DNA of 64,000 nt from Oopsacas minuta. Lineage: Eukaryota; Animalia; Porifera. Of the stretch, positions 24,123-36,077 are shown piece by piece. A program made the translations under genes and the position numbers. The notes below the pieces were generated by a model, which did not search any database, was not told the origin of the DNA, and saw only the letters and a list, made by a program, of their open reading frames with translations. The stretch's first letter is position 1. Each line of letters starts with the position of its first letter. Where the stretch lies: NCBI GenBank assembly GCA_024704765.1, contig JAKMXF010000317.1, positions 310,160 to 374,159 of the forward strand, given 5' to 3'.

Positions 24123-26607
24123 CAGGGGCGTAGCAGGGTACAGCATATGCGGCCAAAGTACTACGTACTAGTAACGCAAGTGGTTTCAAATTATGGAATA
24201 GTATAGAATTGGAAAGAGTTTATGAATGAAGAAATATATTGTCGCCTTGAGAAATCAAATTATAAAATCATCACTCTCATGCATTGTATGTTTGGGGGAG
24301 GGGGTGCATGCATAAGGGAACCCTAGGTCACCGCAGTGAACTACATAATATAAGGACTGGAAACAGCAATAAAAAACTGGACCATGGATGAACTACAAGT
24401 ACATTCGTTTTGCTATTTATTATTAGTTATGAACTTTAAACGATAAGCACCTATTTTAATCGGAAATCGGCTCTGAAATTGGACCAGGGATGAGAGAAGT
24501 CATTTAAATAAAATATTATTAATAACCCATAACATCTAAACCATAATTGGATTATATCATTAATTTATTTTATTCAATGAATACAGGTACTGTTTTGGAA
24601 TATTCTATTCTGTATTTTACCGGGAACTTTTCCCGTGATTGGAATTCCACGATTTTTCGTCTTTATACATTTCCTCCTTCTTCGTTTTACCTTTTTCTTT
24701 TATTTACATGTATTTTAGACACTTCTTAATGCCTAATACATGTTCTGTATTTGGGTGCAAGACTAATTACAGAGGTCACCCCACTGGCACTGTTTTCAGT
24801 TTACCGATAGGATCTAAATACTTGAAAGAGAAATGGATTAGACCTCTTCATAGGGATCTAGCCGAAGACCTTCCAGAGGATAAATATTCATTTGCATACA
24901 CCATTTTAGGGAGGAAGATCTTATCCGCGTTGACCTGGCACTCCAAGCTGATGGTAGCTACTCCGAAATACCACGCATTAGACCAATTTATCGTCCGAAC
25001 GCAGTGCCTGTTATTTTCCAAGCAGGCCCATCATATTTGAATACAACTGGTCAAATAGCAAAGCGTTTAAATCTTGAATCTAAGGAAGAGGAAAACTTTG
25101 CTAAAGCTCTTCACGATAGCATTATACAAGATCAACAAGATTCATTACGGTTCGGTTTGGGGAATCTTGAGGATCTTAAAATTAAGGTGCCAGAGTTACA
25201 CCTTAACCAAGATTGGGCGATCTGGTACCCCTCTAGTAATACCTTAGAGATCATACACCTTGAATTCGCCAATCAGCCTCTACATATTCTATCTACCTTA
25301 TCAATTCATTCAGATTTAACAGTTTCAGCAGTTGTTGCCAACACCAAGTTCCTTTGAGTCTCAGTAGATTAACAGATATACGACAAATCGAAATCTTAAT
25401 TGGTGATATTCTAAACTACACTAATCCTGAATTATTTGAATCCAGTTTGTTCTAGAAAATATTCTCACAAATATATCTTGCGATAAGTATGCTGAATTGT
25501 TACATGATCTAAATTCTATTGACCTCGACCTTCATGTTCTCCAATCAATTGTATTTATTGGTGGTTACGCTGTATACGCTAATCTTAAAACTGCCACTTG
25601 CCATCGTTGTAGTCAGCACCTAACTGAGAACCAAGATATTGAGATCACAGACACTATTAAATATGACCTTATAAGGTACATTGATTGTAGTTCTCTGAAA
25701 TGGCCTTCAGAAATAGTAATTGAATCAATTGTTGTATTATAGAAAATATTTATCAAGATTGATGAGAATGAAACTCTTAGGAAACACTTCTATTCCTCGC
25801 CATCAAGATGGGTATTAATTCAGCTGACTGAAAATTTGTTGGTTGATAATTTTAGCCAGCATTGGAGAGATAATTGTAAGGGCTGTGGTACTTCTGGTTG
25901 GACTATCCTTAGGAAGATCCTTAGTGTATGTACTAATTGCATACTAGCTAATAAAGTTCGCAATGTCAACTCTGAAATCACATCTAGTAAGAATGATTGA
26001 AGAAATTTAGATCTAGTTAGAAGATATATTAGTTCCTGCTACTAAATCACTTAACAGTTTTGTAATGATTTTGTTTTCCTATTCCTTTATTATATTCCTG
26101 TTGTTTTAGACCTATTATTATGTTATTATTTCAGTTATAAGTCATGATATGCTATGATAATAACATACTTTATTTAAATGACTTCTATTTCATCCCTGGT
26201 CCAATTTCAGAGTCGATTTCCAATTAAAATAGATATACTTATCGTTTAAAGTTCATAAATAATAATAAATAGCAAAAACGAATGCACTTATAGTTCATCC
26301 ATGGTCCAGTTTTTATTGCTGTTTCCAGTCCTTATATTACGTAGTTCACGATCCATCTTATTAATATAGGTAAAGCAAAAGTCTATCGGAAAAGTAATCC
26401 AAAACATTTGTATTATGCAGTTATGAGAAATAGTTTAAGATTCAAACTTCCGTGACAATAGAAAGGTAATTAATGTGGTAGCAATTATTGCTTATTATCC
26501 AGGACTTATTGATTGTTTACAGCCACCATAAATCCTCATTTAGAACTTGTTGCTCGCCAGATTTAATTTGTGCCACCCCCAGATTTCAAAGCCACACGAC
26601 GCCACTA
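24123..26607. mobile_element. Probable non-autonomous hAT carrying the nested P-like element
   Basis: Ends CAGGGGCGTAG and (reverse complement) TAGTGGCGTCG; flanks CCCATAGC / CCCAGCTG match only partly. Confidence 0.35.
24332..26353 (+). mobile_element. Internally deleted P-superfamily (THAP9-like) element with ~190-bp TIRs
   Basis: 24336-24530 and 26165-26349 are inverted copies. Inside: THAP domain MPNTCSVFGC...VFSLP...KW...VFICIHHF...PNAVP from 24729 (frameshifted) and P-transposase C-terminal motif IVFIGGYAV...TCHRC...LKWPSE (~25500-25740); catalytic core absent; no TSD found. Confidence 0.8.
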
Positions 26608-27324
26608 CCCAGCTGGATAGTTATACCCAACTAGAAATTTATAGATCAGCTACTAGGCATGCCTCTTGCTAAACCCGTGAAAACACCTTGTCTCATGTCC
26701 TGTTCCCCTTTGGTAATTCCTTCGCCCGACCCCCTAAGGGAAAATCCTGGCGACGTCCCTGACGCGGCCCCTGCAGGTTGCCAAACGTTTTCTTTATAAG
26801 GAACTGCCCAGTCTGAGATTAGATATTTCAAGGTTATTAAAGTCAACTTCTTCAAATTTCTGTCTGTGGTAAGTTTCAGTCATTTTAAGTATGAATAAAT
26901 TACATTTTGGGTTTCAACCTTGATATTTACAAACATACTGATAGATTAATCGCGTTTTAATGATTACGAGCCTTTGGCTCGTCGCTTCGCGATGAACTCG
27001 GCGCATTGCGCCTCGAGGTATCCATTATTGTCCAAATTGCCGCCCCCTTTGAGTAGCATAGATATATTTAGAACAATGGAATTCACAAATATACGTATAT
27101 GGCATATGTATTATTGAAATATTTTCTAACCTTTGTAGCGTTGAGAGCAAGTATCTACGTCTCTTCTTAGATTTTGCTAATTTGTTTGTACTTTCAATAG
27201 CTCATGGTATAGATTTCATCAAATTATATGTATATAGATATTATAATCTCTCAGTAATTAATATAATTATAACTATTCTATAGTCACTATTATTCAATTC
27301 AACAAAAGATAAATTTCTACACAA

Positions 27325-28571
27325 ATGGCTACTGCAGAAGTTGATTTGAGTTTCATAACTCAGATAAAAGGGAGTAGAAAGAAGATTAGAGACTGCTTGA
27401 AGAAGTCGCATGAAGCTCTCAGACTCAGAGAGAGTACCCTCCTCTCTCGTATTGATCAAATAGAGAAAGATTATAACAACAAAACTCAAGAGATGAATTC
27501 ATTGGTCGAAGCTTTGAACAAAGAAATGGTGCAAGCTACAGAGACTCTCTCCGCTAATAAACTTGCTGAAGCTCACAAACAAATTAATGAACAAACAGCT
27601 GAGACAGGCAGTAGCATTGAGTTTGAATGGGACAATCAATTCGAGACTGACATAGAACAGCTAGGGAGTATTAAGCTTAACACTCAGACTAAAATATCTC
27701 CCACCCACTCCTTCCTTCCTCAAGTGAAGCCTGTTGTACCTGACTACAAGGCTAAACAGCTGCCTATTGCTTGCGGCTGTAAGAATGATATACACAAGAA
27801 AGTTCCAGGAGAACTGAACGGTCCCAGAGGTATAGCAGTTCTTAACCAAACTGGAGACATATACATAGCGGATTATTGCAACCATCGTGTACAAGTATTT
27901 AGCAGTAACGGAGACTATCTCTTCATGTTCAGTGAGAAGATGAACAAACCTATAGGTATCTGTATATCTCAGAATAAAGTGTTTGTTACACAATATCATG
28001 GTCATTGCATTAATAAGTACGAGCTAGAAGGGAACTAATCAAGAGTGTTGGTAGTTATGGGAATGGAAAAGTTCAGTTCTACTATCCACACGGAGTAGAT
28101 GTCTCTGATAGAAATAATAATGTGTATGTATGTGATAGTTATAATAACAGAATTCAAATCTTAACTCAAGAACTCAAGTTCCATTCTATACTAGGAATAG
28201 GCATGTTCAAGTATCCACGTGACGTTAAGGTTAGAAGAGACAGAGTATTGGTGCTAGATAAGAGTGATCCGTGTATGTTTGTGTTCAATCCAGATCACGA
28301 TCTAATCAACAGACTGATAACTCGAGGTGATGGCAAACAAACAAACAAGCCTTTACGTTTCGACATAGACAGAGACTATAACATCATTATGAGTGACTAC
28401 TGTAGTCACTGTGTGTACGTATTCAATCAGGAGGGAGAACAGATACACAAGTTTGGGAAGAAAGGTCAGGGTATCGGGGAGTTCTATTACCCATTTGGAA
28501 TAGCACTAGACAACACAGGACACATTATAGTTGTGTGTCAGAAGAATATTAATTGTCTACAATTCTTTTGA
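27325..28571 (+). pseudogene. Coiled-coil + NHL protein, subfamily B, with 1-bp frameshift near 28034 (pseudogene or assembly indel)
   Basis: Collinear with 60210-61478; GGG AAC TAA here vs GGG AAA CTA there; also a net 8-codon deletion in the coiled coil and CAA instead of CAG before the ATG. Confidence 0.85.
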
Positions 28572-30101
28572 ACTTATCTTGCATTTAATTATTCATTCAT
28601 AGCTAATATTTTCTTTATACAATTTGTATAGCTTTTATTCTTATTCTATTTCCTTATACCCTTTTACAACTATCTTCTTATTCAGAGTTTCCCTGTCACG
28701 TCAAATATTTCTGGGCTTAATGTGGTTCGGCTGGGCCACTTATAGTCGCCAGAGCCTGTCTCCCACGTCCCTCTTTAGCTAGCCAAATTTGTTCTCCCAG
28801 ACCAGATTTAGCTTAAATCGGTCTGCGTAAATGTGTTGCTAAGTGTGCAAGGGGAAACAGGGTTTCCTAGGGAATGATGTTTCCCTAAACATCATTCACT
28901 AGTAAATAATGATCGGGGAACAGGATTACCTCTGACACTGGTACCCAAAAGTAACTTTGGGAAAAGGTAATATTACATAATTTATAAATATTAAAGACAC
29001 TCGGGGATTTTATAGTTACGCTTAGTAATTGTGAACATAAGTGACATTTTCAAATGGCTAACTAATCTATTTTAATCTCATAAATCTAAATAATATCTAA
29101 AATAAACAGAACTACGTATATATATTGATTATGTAATCAAACTGGAAGGAATTTATTTGTGGTCAAATACAAACAATAATGATAAATTCGATGGTTGCTG
29201 TAAAAGCATTCATATAATTGAATATATTCAGTAGCAATGCAAAGGGTGTGAAATATGATTAATCATATGATAAATCATTTTGATATAGATTGTAAAATGT
29301 CTAAATTGAATTCTACATGCTTGATTACCCCTTACTAGCAGTTAACTCATGTATGATGGCGTTTCTTGATTTCTGACAGGTTAGTTGCATTTTTTTGCAG
29401 ATTTCGAATTTTACTACCAAATTATTTACTTTTTATACTATTTCTATATAAATGTATGGAATTATATATGGATTGGAAGTTTTGGCCTGTACTAGAATAT
29501 ACTCATACTCTCTAGAAAAATCTCAGAATATTCTACGCTACTCATTCAAATAGTTTTCGCACGCAAGTGTAACAAAATTTGAGTTGTTTGTGCAATTATC
29601 CATTACGAGCTTCGCTTGCTCACGCTGTGCGGCTTGCGAACATTTTGTGTTCGCATGGGACTCGGCACTTCGTGCCTCGAAATGGCAGAGTATAAATTTG
29701 CAAAATGAATTAATTAATATATATTTCCACTATTTGTTGACTTTATATTCATAAAAACAACAAAATTTACATATAATAGACTTGAAAATGCGAAATTCAG
29801 ATTCAGCGTACTTTGTTACCCCATTGTAGCTGTTAAGTACAAGTCTCTACGTATATTTTGAGATTTCAACTATTGTATTACATTGAAAGATTAGTACAAA
29901 ACCAGAAACTCAGGTTTTCTGTTGGATTATAGATGCGTAGTTATTTGTCAGCCGCTTTAATCGATTCAACCAATAGTAATATTCAATAATATCATAAAGA
30001 AAATAGAATAACAAATGGCTGACGTGTATACAAAGTAGGAGGAAGCCATGGAAAGTGGGGTGGCTATGCCCTGAGTGTATATATTATAGATAATTGATAT
30101 A

Positions 30102-31040
30102 CTACTTAGTCATGAAGGAGGAAAAAGTTTTGGTGTAGACCTTCTTGAACGATTTTCTCAGCATCAGGATTGTACCATCTGGAAAAGTCAATAGTAACTC
30201 AGGAAGCAGACCACGCCTCGACAATATATTCTGCATAACGAATAGAAAACTAGGTATATGATCTTCATAACTTCCAATCGAATTACAATATTTGTCCTCA
30301 AGCGAGGTAATATTGGGAAATTTCGGAAAAGTATCTTTGCATAAAATATAATCGATCACTTTTCGAATCCAAGAATCGTGAACAATAGCAGACCAGCCTA
30401 AAATGCTCCAATTCACGAATGTGAGAGGTATTATTATAATTGTGAAACATATCAAGCGTTTTTCAAGATTACTCAACTTCACTTTTTGCCTAAAATGTTT
30501 GCGAAAACCAAGTGTTCTGTAATGCACAAGTAACAGGGTTAAAATTCCCATTGTAAACCCCATAGCGCCAGAAAGAAGTTCTAATATGGCATACGCTTGT
30601 AAGAAAACTTGATCGACTTCAGTATCAACAGAAATAAACTGTCTTTTATAAATAAAATATACCATTTGAGGCTGTTCGATCAATGTAAGGATTGGTATTA
30701 TTCCTGAAAATATACAACAAATGACTATTTCCACTAACACGATTGTTATTTTAGTTTTTTTGCTGCTTCCTTTCATTAATCGTATTGGAAAGATGATAAC
30801 AAGCATAATATTAAACAGACAAATGAACAGCATCGGTAAATTGAAAAGTACAACCGTTGTGAGCAATATAATATACGCCAAACCTCTACCTTTATATAGT
30901 ATAGACACCTGTAGAATATTCAAGTCATCACGACCATTTGCGAAAAAGTATTTGGGTGGAAGAAAATCAGATAAAGTTAGAGATAAAGCAAGGCAAGTGA
31001 TGGAGCATACCAATAAGAAAATGCAACCTGACCAATTGAA
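30102..31040 (-). CDS. 5'-incomplete 7TM protein resembling Frizzled/Smoothened-class membrane domains
   Basis: Open frame of ~310 codons with about six hydrophobic segments, KLSNLEKRLI before TM6 and W...C...C...P after it; starts at a possible acceptor TTAAGCAG with no ATG; upstream exon not found. Confidence 0.5.
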   Translation of the reverse strand, partial: FNWSGCIFLLVCSITCLALSLTLSDFLPPKYFFANGRDDLNILQVSILYKGRGLAYIILLTTVVLFNLPMLFICLFNIMLVIIFPIRLMKGSSKKTKITIVLVEIVICCIFSGIIPILTLIEQPQMVYFIYKRQFISVDTEVDQVFLQAYAILELLSGAMGFTMGILTLLLVHYRTLGFRKHFRQKVKLSNLEKRLICFTIIIIPLTFVNWSILGWSAIVHDSWIRKVIDYILCKDTFPKFPNITSLEDKYCNSIGSYEDHIPSFLFVMQNILSRRGLLPELLLTFPDGTILMLRKSFKKVYTKTFSSFMTK

Positions 31041-32439
31041 ATCTGCTTAATTCTCTTGACTACAGTAGATTCCGGTTTCTGTTTAGGACGTAGGTTCTGA
31101 CTTGGATTTAAGACTTTTATCGAATAACTTCAAGCCCTTTCAAAACATATTGATTTTCTCCGCTTACAACGACGTACCGTGTATAACGAAATAAAACCTG
31201 ATTCCAGAGTACTTTGTTTTAACTTTTAACCAAAGTTGAATTTAATATAATTTGAATTTTGATATTTGAATTCACATCTATGGAAGAATAATACAATTTA
31301 GACTCTGTAATTAAGAATATTACAGGACCCGCGATACCAGTTCGGTTACTCCGGTGTAACCGGATAACTTTCTGATGCAATGAATACTGACTTACTCTAA
31401 AATATCACTTTGGATAATGAGAGAAATTTTAACGATTCTTGGTATCCTTATTGACCAATTGTATAATAAGACATATTCCAAAATATCTATTGACGCTGTA
31501 AGCATGCTAGCAGACTAATTGTTAATGAACACTTACCAGTGCTTGCCAAATCTGATGGTTTGATGGCCATAGTCACCAGACTTTTTCCTGAAACCAATAA
31601 AAATCATGTAATTTGGCATTGTTATACGAGGTGGTAGCTATGTTAGCCACCACGGAATTTCAATAATTTCGAGCGCTGCGACTTACATACACAGATGTAA
31701 AAATTATGAGCTATCTAGTGATACATTTTGACCCTAATCGAAAAAATAGATGTCACAATCATTGTTAAGACTATGTATATACATTTTAGATCTCTTCCTT
31801 TACTCATAATTGCAAACTATCCCAAATTCAGGCGGGAATCCATGTTCGGAAAGTGTTGAGGCTATTGTCCCACCAAAATTTGCAAAGAACCTTACTCGTC
31901 CCGCCTTTTTGTAGACCTGTCTAATGCAAATATGCTACATACCACGAGTAACAGCTATTTTCTGAATAACTATTCATAGAAGTTTTAAGCTGGAAATTTT
32001 CTTTGAAACAAGAATTAAGACAAAAATGAAACAAATAATGATTTGTAAAAATCTATAAATAGAATATGTGAATATAGAATTAATCATAAATTAGTTTCAA
32101 TTTCGTTTGATTTGGAATTATAATTATTTGGTATTATTCATGTATCAAATAATATCAAACTCAGTCAGGGGTAATAACCACGAATTCAGTATACATATTA
32201 ATTCTGTACAAATTTGAGTTTCAAGGTAGACACTTTGTGTTACTCATGATGATGAACTGACACTTCTAAGTGCGGGCCAATTGACAAACACTCAGATAAA
32301 TCCCAGAGTCAAATACGTATGTAGTAATGTCAAAGCTTAGCCAGCACAGAACTGTTAGTATCAGCCTGCACCATGAGTAAGGGTACCAATCATTCGAAAA
32401 TTGCATGGAAAATGGAAAAAACATGTGTAATATGTTATT

Positions 32440-34235
32440 AGTTAATGAAAAGAAGTATAAAAATAATAAATATTTGTATAAACTACAAAATGAGAAATAA
32501 GAAAATGAAAATGAGTTATATACTAATTGGATAAAGCAAGATTATAGGAAATACACTCAAAGTAAGGAAAATGTTAATATTTCTGGAAACAGCCTTTACC
32601 TTCAATGCCATGATTCACACATATAATATTATCTGAGTTATCTAATACAATACCGCATAAGTAAGAGAGATGTCCTCTACCCAGAATATGCTTCATCACT
32701 CCTTGAGGTGAGAAGATACGGATATCGTTAGTAGTACTGCCTGTGATTAAGAAGTTCCCCTTCTTATCAATCGTGAAGAAGACAGCTGTTGTCATTTGCT
32801 GTTCCTGTCCAGTTAGCTGTATAATATTCTGGAGAGTATAGTCTCTGTTGTAGCAGTGGATGGAGTTGTTGTCTTGAGATAGGATGTAGATTCTGTCAGA
32901 GAATACAGTAATGTCTTTTGGAAGTTTGAGTTCTCCGGAGCCGAACTTTTTAATGAAGTTAAGATTCGAATCAAATATTTGAATTCTTTGCATACTACAA
33001 TCACAGACATATATTAACCCAGCTTCATGACACAATCCTGTGATATTAGTAAATCGTCCTTCTGTATTGCCTCTTGAGCCTGTTTCCTTTAGGAATTGTC
33101 CTCCTAGACTAAACTTCACAAGAGACTCTTTAGCTTGATCAGTAACGAATACTTCCTCTTTTGACAGACATATTGAGTATGGCTCCTTCAAGTGGTCAGT
33201 CCCAAAAGAACGTAAATACTTTCCTTCAGTATTCAACACCTGAATACGACTGTTGCTATAATCACAAATATACAATTCATTACAAGCTCCATCTACTGCT
33301 ATTCCTGTGGGATTATTCAACTCTCCATTTCCTCTACCCCACTCACAAACTCTAAGAATAGGGTTTTCCCTCCTGATGTATTCAGGAATGATTTCAAACA
33401 AATCAAATTTCATCAATGGTTTCACGAATTTCATCAGAGTAACAACGGAACTCAATAAACTCCAAGTTATCCACTTTTACCTTTTCAGCTATTCTCAGTT
33501 CGATGTCTCTATCTAGTGTTTGTTTCATTATGTCTAGTGATCCTCCTACCAAGTTGCTAGTCAATGTGGCTAGATTTTGATCTTTGCATATTCTCAACTG
33601 TTCTATTGCTTCGTCCAATTCTACATTCTTGTCGTGTCCTTCCTTCATTTTAGCGAGTCTAGACAGAAGACTATTTCTGTGATCTGACAGATATTGGTAA
33701 AGTTCATCAAAAGTTCTTATTATTTCCATTTTCAGAGCTTCTAGCTTTTGATCGACATTGAAAACTGCAGCCATTTCTATTCTAGAAATTCAAAAATATT
33801 TGTGTAGTTAAGATCAAGAATATTTTGAGAGTTAGGCGCATGTCACACGCCAATTTTGGCGAATAATAATAACAATCATAAAGGTCAATTGAAATGTATT
33901 ATTGTTTATAAGATTAATCAGTTGAATTCATTAATATTGTAAAATTATTCAAAAGGTAAACCGTGTATAATTAAAGGGAGGAAGCTTGATAAATGATATG
34001 TAGGTCGAGTTCTAATACTACTGGTAATAGCCCATAGCCAGGGGCGTAGCAGGGTACAGCATATGCGGCCAAAGTACTACGTACTAGTAACGCAAGTGGT
34101 CTCAAATTGTGGAATAGTATAGAATTGGAAAGAGTTTATGAATGAAGAAATATTGTAGCCTTGAGAAATCAAATTATAAAATAGTCAATTTCATGCATTG
34201 TATGTTTGGGGGAGGGGGAGGGTGCATGCATAAGG
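32440..34235. repeat. Segmental duplicate of ~16670-18470 joined to a copy of ~24112-24320
   Basis: Identity covers the NHL gene and both flanks; junction ACTACTGGTA|ATAGCCCATAGCC at ~34026 joins sequences that lie 5.6 kb apart in the other copy. Confidence 0.85.
32574..33774 (-). pseudogene. Coiled-coil + NHL protein, subfamily A, with +1 frameshift near 33405 (pseudogene or assembly indel)
   Basis: ORF 33403-33774 and ORF 32574-33455 together are collinear with 16803-18002; plus strand reads ATC-AAATTTCA vs ATC-TATTTCA. Confidence 0.85.
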
Positions 34236-34529
34236 AGACACAATAATTGCTCAAGGACAAAGGTGCTACACATTCTACAGAAAAATCTTAATGTTATAGG
34301 CACATGAATTTGAATATATACGAAGTTATTATTGTCCTTTGATCTATTGATAACTAACTGTTGTTACGCTTACATTTGTAAATTCAATATCGAAGCAAAC
34401 ATGTATGCATTAGTATAGGTAATACTATGCATTATTATAAATTTCTTAAGAGCTACTAATAGATTGTCATTGCGTTACTTTTATAAGTGTCCTTAAAACG
34501 GAGTTAATCTCTTTATATATGTGTATATA

Positions 34530-34970
34530 CATATATGCTTGTATGTCCAGAAATTATTGAAGAAACTGAAAGGCCCAGGGCTGACTTTTGGTATACAGGG
34601 GCATTTTGGGCCTGGCTCGGACAATTTCGAGTCTTGGACGAAATTCACACCACGAAATTATGACGTCATTGTTATCTTTTGGATTTACGAAAATCACATC
34701 ATTAGCCACTGCTCAGCCAATATAAATGGTAGATAGGGTGAAATTTGAATCAAAGGTACCCCACAATATGCCAAATGTTCTGACGTCATCACTTTACTCA
34801 ATTGCAAACTAATCATGAAATTATTACATCATCATGACTGTACAAAATTGAAAATTTTCCAAATTTCGAGTATTTTTAGAAATTCTCAATACTTGAGGTA
34901 CGAAGTGCCGAGATTACTAAACAAAAACCACGTAAGAGCTCCAGTATTACCAACTAAGACCATTAAATGT
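34530..34970. repeat. Dispersed non-coding repeat family (inverted copies at ~2070-2230 and ~52515-52870)
   Basis: Shared blocks, e.g. GACGTCATTG...AATATGCCAAATGTTCTGACGTCATCAC...CGAAGTGCCGAGATTACTAA. Confidence 0.75.
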
Positions 34971-35420
34971 AATTCGGATGGGCCATAGATAATATAAAAT
35001 TTCAATTCCCTCTGTTTTATCCCTGAGGCACGTAGTGCAGAGTATATTCTGTAGCGTAGCGATAATAAGCACTAAAAATATATAGTTGTTTAATATTTAA
35101 GCTAAATCTGACGCACCAAAATGTCACCCAGTGACCTAGCAAGCGAAGCGCGGTAATACATACTTAAGCTCTATCATTCATATTTTCGAGATAAGTGGTA
35201 ATAACACAATTCAGTCGGCTTTCATGTTATCAAACCTTCTCGGGGACATATTTAGCCGTGTATTAAGTAAGTCATGGGTCCGTATATACAAAGTAGTAAA
35301 ATCTCATGGTAGTAGGAATCTCATATAACAGGCCTAATGTTTGGTAGGCTATGAGTATGTATAAACTTATTAAAATACAATTATGCGATTGGATCAGTCT
35401 CAAAATAAAATTAAAAGTAT

Positions 35421-36077
35421 CTAGCAATAATCTGAATTTTGATAACGTTGATGGTTAGACAGTTTCTTCTTCAAATCTTCAAAACTATTAACATGCTGTC
35501 CTAAGGTTTTCTTTTTTGGTCCCTCTTTATCTCCTCTGTAGACTTCGTTTAATGCGCCAGCACATGGTCTTAAGTAACTAAATTCGTTCAATTTTGAATC
35601 GTTCGTATTATAGATATCCGCTTCAACAATGAAATCAGTTTGATTTATAGTATTTGGAGGAATATTTGCATTCTCGTATAAGTCGTAGTATGTATTTCTC
35701 TTATCAATAATATTTCTCTCTTCTTCCGAGTCTACATCTCCATCTAGATAAAATGGCTCTGTTAGGAGGTTCTCAACTGAATAGCTACGTTCGATATAAT
35801 CAGTTGATCCTTTCATTCCTTTGTGGGTATAATTGTAGTTAGCAGAGGTGTCATGCCTGTAGCTTCCGGCCTCAACTTGGGAAAATATTTCGTCATTCTC
35901 TCTCTTCCATTGAGTTAGTGTGGCCTTAATTTCTGCAAGAGTTTGTAGATTCTTCTTTGCGATTTTAGAATTTGTCCTTTTTTTCAAATCCCTTATGACA
36001 AAATCCTTTTGAGGAGCTTTCTTTTGTTTCTTCAAATTTCTTTTCAAGCTCGTTAGTAGAGCACCTATATTCTGCAT
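35421..36077 (-). CDS. Orphan ORF / probable terminal exon, basic N terminus, 218 aa
   Basis: Open 657 bp; strong acceptor TTTTCGCTGCTCACAG 8 nt before the ATG; no recognisable domain. Confidence 0.5.
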   Translation of the reverse strand: MQNIGALLTSLKRNLKKQKKAPQKDFVIRDLKKRTNSKIAKKNLQTLAEIKATLTQWKRENDEIFSQVEAGSYRHDTSANYNYTHKGMKGSTDYIERSYSVENLLTEPFYLDGDVDSEEERNIIDKRNTYYDLYENANIPPNTINQTDFIVEADIYNTNDSKLNEFSYLRPCAGALNEVYRGDKEGPKKKTLGQHVNSFEDLKKKLSNHQRYQNSDYC

